Source: Phoronis australis
Lineage: Eukaryota; Animalia; Phoronida
Direction: 5' to 3'
Assembly (NCBI GenBank): GCA_002633005.1
Contig: NMRA01000009.1
Coordinates: 2,053,366 to 2,117,365, forward strand
DNA length: 64,000 bases
The position numbers and the translations under genes are program-made. This document shows, one piece after another, positions 10,401 to 21,457 of this stretch (within the stretch, counting starts at the first letter, position 1; every line of letters starts with the position of its first letter). The notes below the pieces were generated by a model. That model made no database searches, was not told the origin of the DNA, and saw only the letters and a program-made list of their open reading frames with translations.

Positions 10401-13130
10401 ATACAGTGCAACCACTGAAATCGTACTATACGTTAACACGTGCTCCGATTCCTAAAATCGTGGTAAATCTTTCTCAGTGGCGGATCTACGGGGGGGGTTC
10501 AGGGGGTTTAAACACCCCCCCCCTCGGGCCAGGAGCCAAAAATTAAAAAAATAACAAAAGCGTCTCCAGCAAAACAAAAGCGGCACCGCCAGGGTGTGTA
10601 AACCCCAACTAAAAAAAAAACTTGGAAAAAATGAGGGGGGGGTTCACTCTGAAAATATATTTTTTGCATTGTGAATTGCTGTTATGGAAATCGACGCATT
10701 TCAAGTCAGTCTTCGTGGCTCATCGGCAAAACGCAGGAGATTAATTGTGCGAGCGCTTCCGCCAACACTTCTGAAGTATTCAAGTATTTTAGATGGATCC
10801 ACCGCTGAAAGAGCACCTCTATAGCTGATTTCTTTAGGTAACTAGTTTCTTTACTCTAAGATATGTTTTGATTTGATTAGGGGAAATACTGTGGTGCCGC
10901 AACCCTGATATTCAGGCGAATTGACGTGCAACGTTTTTACCTCATCTGTCATGCCGTGTCATCCTATTACACCCCACACGTTCGAATTTGACTGGTGTAT
11001 AGTAAAGTTGTCATGCGCAATATCATACAGTGTACATGTATATAATGCTTTTGAAAAAAACTCGTTTTCCGAAGAATTGCTATTGTGGAGGGCGCCGTGG
11101 TCTGGTCGCGAGTCTGTTTGAAGATGCACTCTAACAAGTTATGTCTATACAAGGAATGACCAAGGGGGCAATCGCATTGACAAAGTGACCGCATTCGCGA
11201 ACAGTGTACAGTACCAGAAATTGTGGGGAGGCTATATTTTCACAACAATGTCTTGCAGGACTCGTGCGATGTTCAATAGGCCTCCTCAGTAAGGAGCCCT
11301 AGTGCCGACCTCAACACCTACCGTCTTTCTACCTGCAATAAGCACCACTGCCGTTTTCTATACTCGGAATTTCCGCAGAAAGGCCCACCCGAAGAAACGC
11401 CCATGCCCATGGACATTTATTTGATGTTAGTACTTCGGGTTTCAATCGTTCAGACACTGGGACGTTTATTTCGAAAATTGCAAGAGATGCAAATAGGTCC
11501 TGGGATACATCGTCAAGGTTTGAAGTAGTCCATGATGAACGGATCGAATTTAGTTGCGCATGCTGTAAGTCTTTTGCATGGACTTGGTTATCTCAGGGGG
11601 CTTAGTGTCAACTGAGCTGCGAAACGAGATGCTGACAATGTAGAGGCGTACAAGCTCATTGACACAGCAGTTGCGGAAGTGCAAGCGTTGGGAACAAACG
11701 TCGAAGATGTCTGGGTAGAATGGTTCCAAGAGCAGCAAACCATTGGATCCGATGTACAGATTCCTCGGCAGTCTAGACAACAGAAAGATAGGACCAACGT
11801 TCCCGGAGAAACACCCAGGTAATAAGTTATAATTATACACAGTTTGTAATAATGTCGGTTTTTTATGCTTGTGTACAATGAAAACGAAATAGAAATTATT
11901 TTTAGACATGCCAAATTTACCCAGTACAGCAGAGGGTCTACGAGCGCATAGAAACTGATTCTGGTTTGTATTTCCACTTGAGTCTATCTGCTTCATATCC
12001 AAAATCTATTTCACGTAGTGCGTAGTTCAATCTNGCGCCTCGGATTCGATCTTTTCGGGAATCCTAAACCCCCCCTTACTGAAAACGTAGATCCGCCACT
12101 GTTTCTTGCGTCATTTTGTTAAAGCACGGCACCCAAGTTTCTGGTGTTTTTTGATTTTTCAACATTCATTATAGAAACAGTTGCATATACAAATATACAC
12201 AACTCAACGCTATAACGTAGAACTGTGTTACTTCCAAGTTATATGCATTTAAAAAGAGTACTAATTGAATTACTGTTCTGGTGGTTGGTTCCAATAACAA
12301 CAAAGTCCTCACGCATATTGTGAGGGATGATGATCTTATGTGGTGGCAATAAGTAGGAAATTGACTTTAGGACCACTTGGGCTGCTGTGACATGTAATCC
12401 CATACGCGACACATACATGAATTGTTGCCCGGGCGACAATGTATGCCGAGTGAAACCACCACATGTCACAACAGGGGCAAAATTTGTCTAAGTCTAAATG
12501 AATGGTGGCGGAGGCTAAACTTATGCCTGGGTAGTGTTGCGCTCATAATTGTTTCGTCCTATCCTCAACACCACTAAAGCAAACCTTCTTACACCTATGG
12601 TGATGCGTAGTCGTAAGAGAGTGAGTCTTGTTGTTCACCAGGTAGCGAGTTGCAAAACGCACATAAAAGTGTCACATGGGATTAGAATATAGACCATCAA
12701 GAGAAATTATTTTTAGTAAAGTGGTCATCGAGTTCAGATTGATACGTCATGTAAAGCTGACATTCCCATAACCTTTACATGATAGTGATACAACAGACGG
12801 CATATGTTGGTTCTTTCTCTTGATAACAGTCAACACAAGCTTAAAATGTGTAGCCACGTAATGCACGGTGGGCAAAATGAGAGCGTGGCGTTTGGTAACA
12901 AAAATTTGCAAAGCTGGAAATGAAATACTAGTAATTTTTAATTTTTTATGTAAAATATTTTTCTTCAATAAGAAATGCTCGCACAATTGCAAGCAATTTT
13001 TTTGAAAAAGCATCAAAACAGGAAAACTTAAATCTTGAATTGTTACCTCAGTTTCATCCAGCGTTACCGCTACAGATAACTGCAGACAAAGCACAGAAAC
13101 CAAGATCATCAGAGTCCACTGGGGTGCCAT
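1236..13130 (-). CDS. Secreted astacin-family (M12A) zinc metalloprotease with Thr-rich linker, ShK and C-terminal WSC domain; 10 coding exons
   Basis: Phase-consistent GT/AG exons: 13047-13130, 9783-9804, 9372-9410, 8599-8630, 7864-7939, 7452-7572, 6984-7162, 6261-6545, 2143-2268, 1236-1498. Signal peptide, prodomain DLFEGDI, zinc motif [19 protein letters not shown], Met-turn SVMQY, 6-Cys ShK, WSC Cys pattern. AATAAA on minus strand at 1176-1181. Confidence 0.85.
2143..2268 (-). CDS. Exon: ShK domain
   Basis: Phase 1-1 exon, CADKHSNCPQWSKWNPSECEKNPRYMLYNCQKSCSTC. Confidence 0.9.
3374..4255. mobile_element. Non-autonomous DNA transposon with ~300 bp TIRs and TTAA target duplication (Kolobok-like)
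   Basis: TTAA|AGGCGAAGGCAACC ... GGTTGTCTTCGCCT|TTAA; arms ~3374-3680 and ~3955-4255 are reverse complements; purine-purine terminus fits Kolobok rather than piggyBac. Confidence 0.8.
4602..4753. mobile_element. Short MITE
   Basis: AACCAGGGTAGAGTTCA ... TGAACTCTACCCAGGTT; related to 14770-14928. Confidence 0.65.
4769..4917. repeat. GC-rich short interspersed repeat/MITE; related copy at 34736-34885
   Basis: Shared GGGGGGCTATA, GGGTAGCGCAGC and GCCCATG motifs, in opposite orientation at the second site. Confidence 0.55.
6261..6545 (-). CDS. Astacin exon: Met-turn plus Thr/Pro-rich linker
   Basis: YDISSVMQYGAKAFSKNGQYTI...GQRRHLTASDLAKVRAMYNC; phase 1-1. Confidence 0.93.
6984..7162 (-). CDS. 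Astacin exon: zinc-binding motif
   Basis: CNSYVGK...GC...[29 protein letters not shown]; phase 2-1. Confidence 0.95.
7452..7572 (-). CDS. Astacin catalytic-domain exon
   Basis: SVLKQAFDYYHKNTCIKLVERTKERDYVIF; phase 1-2; gtaagt donor. Confidence 0.9.
7864..7939 (-). CDS. Astacin exon: activation site and mature N-terminus
   Basis: KRNGHPSSSKRWPNAVMPYVIDSSV; phase 0-1. Confidence 0.88.
8599..8630 (-). CDS. Astacin prodomain micro-exon (FEGDI aspartate switch)
   Basis: ttttttccag / DLFEGDIILPN / gtaagc. Confidence 0.88.
9372..9410 (-). CDS. Astacin prodomain micro-exon
   Basis: GSTEEADPGEYG; phase 1-1; canonical splice sites. Confidence 0.75.
9783..9804 (-). CDS. Astacin prodomain micro-exon (22 bp)
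   Basis: ttttttttcag / VDTLTEN / gtaggt; phase 0-1 bridges the neighbouring exons. Confidence 0.65.
9985..10035 (+). ncRNA. Minimal type-I hammerhead ribozyme-like motif, probably a Penelope-like/retrozyme relic
   Basis: CTGATGA-T-GATA(catagagtaa)TATC-GAAACGTC; stem I imperfect. Confidence 0.4.
10475..12101 (+). mobile_element. Decayed hAT-superfamily transposon with transposase relic and 5-bp TSD
   Basis: TIR CAGTGGCGGATCTACG / CGTAGATCCGCCACTG, flanked by TTTCT on both sides; internal transposase-like relic at ~11577-11818. Confidence 0.8.
11577..11818 (+). pseudogene. hAT transposase fragment (PRKRIR/THAP12- or ZMYM1-like)
   Basis: Translates to ..YLRGLSV*..VEAYKLID..WFQE..IPRQSRQQKDRTNVPGETP with an in-frame stop; PRxxxxQxxRxNVP is typical of this group. 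Confidence 0.65.
13047..13130 (-). CDS. Astacin first exon: signal peptide
   Basis: MAPQWTLMILVSVLCLQLSVAVTLDETE followed by gtaaca donor. Confidence 0.75.
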
Positions 13131-13250
13131 GCTGATCATAGCTCAGACTGCGCGTCACGGAATAACTTTGACAGCTGCATCGGCTCCTGTACATGTATAT
13201 CGCGCAGCAGGTGATTTTCTTAGGGCAGGGCAAGGAACGTGAGCGATATG

Positions 13251-13498
13251 TATCGTTGGCCAATTGGGTGACCGTTATTTGCGACCTAAAGTAATTTGCG
13301 GCGTTAAAAGTTACTTTCACGCCGCAAATAATGACTTGTCGCCCTAAAAAGTTAACTTACGCCGCAAATACTTATTTTACGAAGCAAATAATTACTTTAT
13401 GCCGCAAATAATTTCTTTACACCTCTAACACGAATTAATTTACTCACGTAATTTACATCGATGAACGTGCGTAACGTTCACCCATTTGGCCAACGATA
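13251..13498. mobile_element. MITE with 27-bp TIRs, TA ends and internal degenerate ~20-bp repeats, ~120 bp upstream of the astacin ATG
   Basis: TATCGTTGGCCAATTGGGTGACCGTTA / TAACGTTCACCCATTTGGCCAACGATA; internal ACGCCGCAAATA units; right half repeated at 1-221. Confidence 0.75.
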
Positions 13499-14769
13499 GA
13501 TTTTATCTCTGGCAAAATCGTGAGAGTTGGCGTTCTCTATCATTGATGTGGGTTTCCTAAAAATGTACTCGCACTTCAAATGACAAGATAACTGGATTAA
13601 ATTCCTAAAGAGGTAATCAAAAAGGAACCGAAGTCAGTAAACGCAAGATCAAATGTCTTAGCAATGGGGTTCGTGAATTTACGGTAGCATATCGCCATTC
13701 TCCAAAGGATTCTTTAGTTTGTAGTTGCCGTACTTAGGATGATCGTGACAGCTCACACGTGTTTTTTCACAGCCGAAGTTTAATGATGCAATAGGTCCGT
13801 GTGAAGCGTCTGAACATAGAAGTCTATGAATGGAATCGGAATGAATTTGTACTCTCGACGTTGTACATTTTTGGGACACCTGTATATCGTCACTCGAAAA
13901 GTACAGCGAAGTATATGTTTAAAAGTACGAAACTATCTGGATGAAACCCAGATTGGTCGAAAAATTCCTTAGATTTTCCATTTTATATCGCGCGTTCAAT
14001 GTACACCAAGTTGTCAAATCCGTATCAAAACATTTTAGAAAAGAGACATTTCCGGAAAGAGAGACTATGCTCTGAAATATAGCGGCAACCTTTCAGCGAC
14101 ATATTCACACTTAACAAAAATTCAGCATCACAAATTATCAAATTTTATTCTTTTCCGTTGTTCTTATGACAAAATCGGCAGTAATGAGGCATCAATGAAA
14201 TGTTATACAAATAAACGCAAGTTATCGTATTCCTACGTTATTCATATTTGAAGAGCTTCTTATTGCAACTTCATTGAGTTTGTAAGGTTTTCACTGAAAA
14301 AGCGTTAAAAATCAACTCAAAACAAAATGTAAAACTCACTCACTAGCTTTGCTAGACTTCCTAGAAACTCTGACTTAAAATATATGCCACGGATATAGTA
14401 GGCCAAGCCTGAGGTTGAGCTGCACTTGTCAAACGACAAGACACAACACGTCCTATACACCGTCCAAACTTATTGAGCCACTCACATATTTTACTTCGTT
14501 TTAACTTGTATCAAAGAGAGAACAGCTAGGACCAACAAGGTAATTAACATTGGCATAAAGCTAACATTCAAAAACATAAGCAGAGCCCACGGACTAGCAT
14601 CTGCAAATAAAACTAGAAACCGTATCTGTATGAATTCTTGTCTCACTAATTATACCGATCGTCTAACCTCTTATTAAAAAACGCAAACTTCTGGCTGGTG
14701 ACAAGATCTTCATTAGTGAATACAAATGCCGCCAAAGGTGTAATGATAGAAACAACCCTTGCGAGAAAA

Positions 14770-14928
14770 CCTGGCGTGCGTTCAGTAGACGCTAGGACCT
14801 ACGCTAGGACCTAGCTAAAATCTAGTCAAAGTCACGTGTTCTCATTTAAAATACACGGCAATATCTCACGTAATCTCGGGAAGTCTTGCTTTTTAGCGTG
14901 GTCCTAGCGTTACTGAACGGGAGGCTGG
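14770..14928. mobile_element. Short MITE
   Basis: CCTGGCGTGCGTTCAGTAGACGCTAGGACC / GGTCCTAGCGTTACTGAACGGGAGGCTGG. Confidence 0.6.
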
Positions 14929-15054
14929 ACTACTATGGTGAAATATTCCTGAAAATGAACGACAAGCGCATGGTGCACGCAGTGACTGCCGGAAACTGTA
15001 GATCCAGTGCAGGACATTTCTCACACTGTGATGGTAAGTTGATTTTATTATTAC

Positions 15055-15141
15055 CAAGTGATTATGCACTGACAACGTGTTCAAGTGATTATGCACTGAC
15101 AACGTGTTCAAGTGATTATGCACTGACAACGTGTTCAAGTG
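15055..15141. repeat. Minisatellite, 27-bp unit x3
   Basis: CAAGTGATTATGCACTGACAACGTGTT. Confidence 0.9.
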
Positions 15142-16349
15142 TAAGATAATTTAAGCTGGACCCATATGATGCCAATTTGTTTAATCTCAGATACATTATA
15201 ATGTTTTCTTGTTCAAAATTAATTATCCACCAGCCTGTCAGTATTATTAATCTACTTACGCTTCACCTCCCGTTAGGTTCACTGTATCCCTTTGTGCACT
15301 CCTGATGGTTCATTCCATCCATACTGCTTCTGTTATGTTCTCTTCCAAGGCAGTATGTCTATTTTCTTCGTTCAGTTTGACTAATCCTCAGTGTATTTCG
15401 TATCTCTTATGCCAATAATGTTTACGATTGTAATTTTCTGAACCTGCCCCCCCCCTTGGTGATTTTGTCCCGTTAGGCCTGAAACGACCATGTTCTTACA
15501 GGGATATCAAGTGTTCGTAAACGTAAGTTAGTATGGCTGATGATTTCTGGGCATCTGTGGTGCGCTTGGTCAGCCGATGGAAACCTCATACGAATGATAT
15601 GCCCGCATACAGAACTACCGATTGTTAATCCGAATTTCATAACGTAATACCACAGCGCGACAAAAGTGAAACCATTTCTGGCAAATTCGGACTGCAGGAC
15701 CGATAGTGACCTGGGTTACAAGCTATTCATTCAGCATGGTCTCATATTACACTAAGTTCAGCCATTTGTATTAAGATTGTCTATGTACACCCAGCACGGG
15801 GTATATTGTCAAACTGAATCCCGCTGTCTATACATGGAGATACATCTCCAGAACATCATTAGGTTAGCTCAATGTAGACCACCTGGGGTCGCTACCGTCG
15901 ACTGTGTGAATACTCAGTTAATCCAAATTGTAATACCATTTATGAAATATGCATAAATTTGACTTATAATTTTGTATGTTAAAGATTCAAATGTCTAATG
16001 CTCCTAGTATGTATCTCAGCATCTTGTCTGTCTAAGTTTGAACTTTTTATCTGTCTATCTTGTGCATTTTTTCATTTGCGCTATTTCACTGAACTTACAC
16101 AAGACGACCGACATCCTAGGGCCAATGAAAGAAAGACACGTGTCAATATCCATTTGACCAACATAAACCAGTTTTCTGTCAGCACAGCTCTTCATCCTGC
16201 TTCCCTGTTATCCAGTTATGGAGGTGAAATGATTCTGTCGCATATACAAGTCACGTGATTGCGGTTCTGAAGCTCCAATTACCAACTCACTGTACATTTT
16301 TTGATACAGAAGGAGTTAAATACTTTATTAAAATAAATAGATTAAGTCT

Positions 16350-17830
16350 AACTGTGTAAAGTATAAATATCCAATCACTTTTAACGCAAAATTCACTCAA
16401 TTCGAATCATTCCTACACACCATCCACTCCAAAGAATTATATTGACATCATCTCAATACAAGAATCACTCAAGGTATGGTTAACCACGACCAGCTGTCTT
16501 TTTAAAGACTTAAAAGTCTTTGAAAATTGCGGGCTACAACATGTACTTCAAACCTGCACCTGGCTTGTGTTCAACACACAGTGGCTTTATCACTTACGTA
16601 AATGATAACCTTCTGGTCAAAAAAGTTCAAGCTCGATCTCGACATCACGTACGAAGGCCTACTCATTTTTATCTATATCAACAATAAAATTATCTGCGTC
16701 GGTAAATTTTACAGACCGCCAGCTTCACACGTTAGAACCTTGAACATGTTTCTTGAGGAGTTCTGGCCACCATCGAAAACTTTCATAAATCACCGTAAAA
16801 TCCTAATTTTAGGTAGTATTTACAACTTCTAGAGACACAGACAAACAATAAAGTCCAAACATTCCTGGTCGAGGGATACAACTTTCAGTTGCTTACCAAC
16901 TTCACCGGAGTTCCCCAAGGCTCTGTCCTTGGCTCGCATCTCTTCTTAATTTGCCTCAATGATCTCCAGTATTCCTCTCCAATGGAACACTTCTTTATGG
17001 CTATGCCACTTGTCTCGTCACACCTTACACACTGACTGAATCTTCACAACACACTTTAAAGCAATCAGCCACCATCGACAAATTTAAATCTATTTCAGTT
17101 TGGTTATCCGTGAACAAACATTCAATTAACACATCAAAAAGTACATTAATGATCTTCCACTACCCGTAAAAGAAAATTGAAACATATAACATTTCCACCA
17201 TTTATATAAATAGCAAAATAATCTGTAATGTGGACAATTTCCCTTTCCTTGATGCCCCCGCATAAACCTCAATTCAAACCACCTTAACAATTTCGGTGGG
17301 CTCATATATAAATTGAAATCCCTATCTTCTCAAGTCAATATATTATACACTTGTTCTCCCCACGACTACGACATTGCAACTAGGGATTTGGCAACATTAA
17401 GAAACTGCAGACATCCCAGAAGAGAATCTTTCGGATGTAGCTATAATGCTCACGCTCTGCCCAGATGTAAGGAACTTCGCCTCCCTCTACTTCAAGACAT
17501 CTTTAAAATCTCAACTGCAAAGTTTTACTACAAATTGCTCAATAATCAACTTCCTTTCTTTAGTAGACCCATGCAAAATAAATCAACCAGACACATTAAA
17601 ATTCCTGCATACCTGAATCAAAACTCAGCTACTATTCCGACAATACATTCCAAAATTTTAATCCTCCCATCTAACAAAATGTTATCCAGAGCCTGCAACA
17701 GATTTGAAATTCCTCGCCTTATAAAACAGGAACGAAATACCAGTCTTTGCTCTAAATATAATAAAAACACACTCCTTGCAAGCATTCTGCAAATTCTTGT
17801 ATAATTAGCAACTACGACCTAATCTGTCAT
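16350..17830 (+). mobile_element. Degenerate CR1/L2-group LINE relic (endonuclease and RT fragments, internally deleted)
   Basis: APE-like YNIQSL, IDIISIQES, GKFYRPP; RT motif GVPQGSVLGxxLFLIxLNDL at ~16907-16966; many frameshifts. Confidence 0.8.
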
Positions 17831-20539
17831 ATGCTTCATATGCAACAGTATCTAAAAAAAAATTTTCCCAAAATTTCTTGAGCTGTGCCAGTTCACTTTT
17901 TCGTTCCTGGCGTGTCGGTTGTTTCAGCGCTAATTCACTTTGTTTTCATAAGTATATCTCATAACATGCGTCGTGGTGATTTGAACATCCGATCGCAAAC
18001 GGCGGAACGTGGTTATGTAATTGCAGTCCTCCAAAGACTTCAATTTGTGGTTTCATTGGTATTCTTTAATTTGACAAAAGTTTCTATTGAACAGCAGATT
18101 AAGATGGTCAGTATTAGGTTCACAGTATTGGTGATGAGAGTAAAGTTAAAGTCAGAGGATAATCAGTCATACGTGTAATGACCTGGATTTACCGAATGCC
18201 TGGTGGTGAAGTTATTACTCCAGTAGTTACTGTCATGCATTAAATAAAACTTGAGACAAAAATAAAATACAGAGAATGAATTCAGATTTGTAGAACTGTT
18301 GTCACATTCGAAAACTACAGACTGTTGCATGAAAATGAAGACACCAGGAAAATTTACAAGTTGAAGTAGACATATATTTATATTAATCAGGATTTCTTAA
18401 GAGCTGATATAACAAGTTAACATTACACAGGGACAATAAATATAAATAACCATCAGCCATAGAATTAGGTCAAATTGACGTAATTTCAAGTATCTTGTGT
18501 AAATTTCCATTGTTGTTGGCTGCAGCTACCTAGCAGTGTTAAGCCTTGTCTTTGCCCTATAACATAAAATGAAACGATTTAAACAACAACAAATAAATGG
18601 ACTCAACAATGTTGGTTACCAAAGACATCACACCAAATAACACTGACACCTTACGGTGACTATATGTAGCACACTGACACCTTACGGTGACTATATGAAG
18701 CACTTTCCAAATGCACTTAACATGCACAGATTAAAATGACAGGACTAGCAAGTATAACGGCCAAACACGTAATTGAAATCAAAAGCGACAAAACACAATA
18801 TGGCAGGTAACTATGTTGAAAAGTAACTGACAAACCAACATTATGAAAATGACACCAATAACCTTGTCCAAAAATTACAAGTGTTGAAAGAAAAAAATTA
18901 TGAAATGCCTAACTTCGTCTATACACACGTTCAGCTTCCCTGTAGTAGTTACAGCTAAGTTGAACATTTGTCACTGAAGAGGCAGATTTTTTGCAGACAC
19001 ACAATTTATTTGGAAGTTGACGGAATGTTTCAAAATACCCGGCATGACCTTTCTTCTGTCCATATTGTAATGCTGGTCACAGTGCTACTATTAATACTGG
19101 TCACCTTAATTTACATTCTCATGTTACAGTTGTGGAAAGCCACTTTCACAATGAAGACACTTCCATATAAATTATTATGTACTTCTTTCACGTTACTGAA
19201 GTATATTATCCAACCTGATGGTTTTGTCCCTCTAATACTACCATTAGAGCAGCCAATAAATTTTGCCAAAAGCTTGGCTACTTCCAACCAATCTTAGCCA
19301 GACAAAAAAAAAGAAGAAAAAATGTTTGGCATCAGCAAAGACGAGCAGAGATAAAGCACAGAGCATCCTTAATCAACAACATTTTTGTAATCTCTTCATC
19401 TAAGGGTGTTTTGCTTGGCCTTTGGTTTACATTTTTGTAATCTCTTCACGTAAGTGTGTTTCCCTTGGCCTTTGATTTGTTGTACTCAATAATCAAACAT
19501 TGCAATCATGAGCAGTTAAACAAAAGAAAGTTGTCTATTCGAAAGCATTGCAAATGTAAAAAAGTCACTGTTTGTGCTCGCAACCGCACAAGAAACCACA
19601 AATAAAGTGCACACTATAAATATGAATCATGAAAATAATTCAAAGCAAAACAACTTAATAGTATAATTCAGAACCTCAATTCCAAGTCTGCATTAAAGCA
19701 GTTGGAGACCGTACCTTCAGAATTTCCAATAACTGAAACATAACCATGCAGGACTATAGAAAACAACTCACAAACACCCTGTCAACAAACCCAGACTAAA
19801 GAAGCATGAGAGATCAGTCAATCAACGAGAGTTTTACCTTCAGCAATACCCTGCTAACTCCGCCCACACTATAACATTCACCAAAGCTTACAACAGACAA
19901 TCAAAGTGGGGCACAAGTGTCTCTACTAATCAGCATTCATCACAGGAAAAATTCCATGTAGAAAATATCAGCATTTCAACAGAACACGCCATTCGTATTT
20001 TTACGCAATACAATCCTAGCATCGTTCAGTAGCATTGGGTAGTTCACGTTTTCAGTATCTTAATAGGTTGCAGAAAATATACACTTTTTGAGTTATAAAC
20101 TGAGTAAGAAAAAACAACATAATAGTCTTGCTGTGACTAAATGGGCATGAATATTAACACAAACTGAGACTAATAGTTATAAAGTAAGCAATGTACAAAA
20201 TATAAACAAGATTCACCCAAAAAGGATATAGTGTATCTGAGAGTTGGCACCTTTGTGAAACTGTAACTGTACCCAGAATTATGTGGATACGCTATATGTG
20301 AAATACTTGAGAAAAACTAAGATACAAATTTAAAAAAAATATCATGAGTAAGTCGTTCACGTAACAGATACACACACGAGCCTACAATTGAAGCTTAGTT
20401 GCAGGTATCCATGTCTGAAACACTTGAGTAAAAAATTTCTGAAAAAAATCCGATTTCGAAGCATGAATCTAAGTGGGTGTACATGGGGTAAGAATCACAT
20501 TATCACCGAAAACGATTCTGAGCAAATTCAAACTTTCCC
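17299..20539. repeat. Direct duplication, copy 1 (ends exactly at the gap)
   Basis: Colinear with 21458-24855, with SNPs and indels. Confidence 0.95.
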
Positions 20540-21457
20540 NNNNNNNNNNNNNNNNNNNNNNNNNNNNNNNNNNNNNNNNNNNNNNNNNNNNNNNNNNNNN
20601 NNNNNNNNNNNNNNNNNNNNNNNNNNNNNNNNNNNNNNNNNNNNNNNNNNNNNNNNNNNNNNNNNNNNNNNNNNNNNNNNNNNNNNNNNNNNNNNNNNNN
20701 NNNNNNNNNNNNNNNNNNNNNNNNNNNNNNNNNNNNNNNNNNNNNNNNNNNNNNNNNNNNNNNNNNNNNNNNNNNNNNNNNNNNNNNNNNNNNNNNNNNN
20801 NNNNNNNNNNNNNNNNNNNNNNNNNNNNNNNNNNNNNNNNNNNNNNNNNNNNNNNNNNNNNNNNNNNNNNNNNNNNNNNNNNNNNNNNNNNNNNNNNNNN
20901 NNNNNNNNNNNNNNNNNNNNNNNNNNNNNNNNNNNNNNNNNNNNNNNNNNNNNNNNNNNNNNNNNNNNNNNNNNNNNNNNNNNNNNNNNNNNNNNNNNNN
21001 NNNNNNNNNNNNNNNNNNNNNNNNNNNNNNNNNNNNNNNNNNNNNNNNNNNNNNNNNNNNNNNNNNNNNNNNNNNNNNNNNNNNNNNNNNNNNNNNNNNN
21101 NNNNNNNNNNNNNNNNNNNNNNNNNNNNNNNNNNNNNNNNNNNNNNNNNNNNNNNNNNNNNNNNNNNNNNNNNNNNNNNNNNNNNNNNNNNNNNNNNNNN
21201 NNNNNNNNNNNNNNNNNNNNNNNNNNNNNNNNNNNNNNNNNNNNNNNNNNNNNNNNNNNNNNNNNNNNNNNNNNNNNNNNNNNNNNNNNNNNNNNNNNNN
21301 NNNNNNNNNNNNNNNNNNNNNNNNNNNNNNNNNNNNNNNNNNNNNNNNNNNNNNNNNNNNNNNNNNNNNNNNNNNNNNNNNNNNNNNNNNNNNNNNNNNN
21401 NNNNNNNNNNNNNNNNNNNNNNNNNNNNNNNNNNNNNNNNNNNNNNNNNNNNNNNNN
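20540..21457. other. Assembly gap (918 N)
   Basis: Run of N. Confidence 1.

Noticed and set aside
15531-15592. Second hammerhead-like motif (CTGATGA...GAAAC)
   Set aside because: Stem II and the cleavage triplet/stem I geometry do not fit convincingly.
17313-17804. 163-aa ORF as a host gene
   Set aside because: Part of the decayed LINE 3' region, and disrupted in the duplicate copy.
18968-19297. Hydrophobic 109-aa ORF, repeated at 23230-23565
   Set aside because: TTG start, no homology recognised, AT-rich; present twice only because of the duplication.
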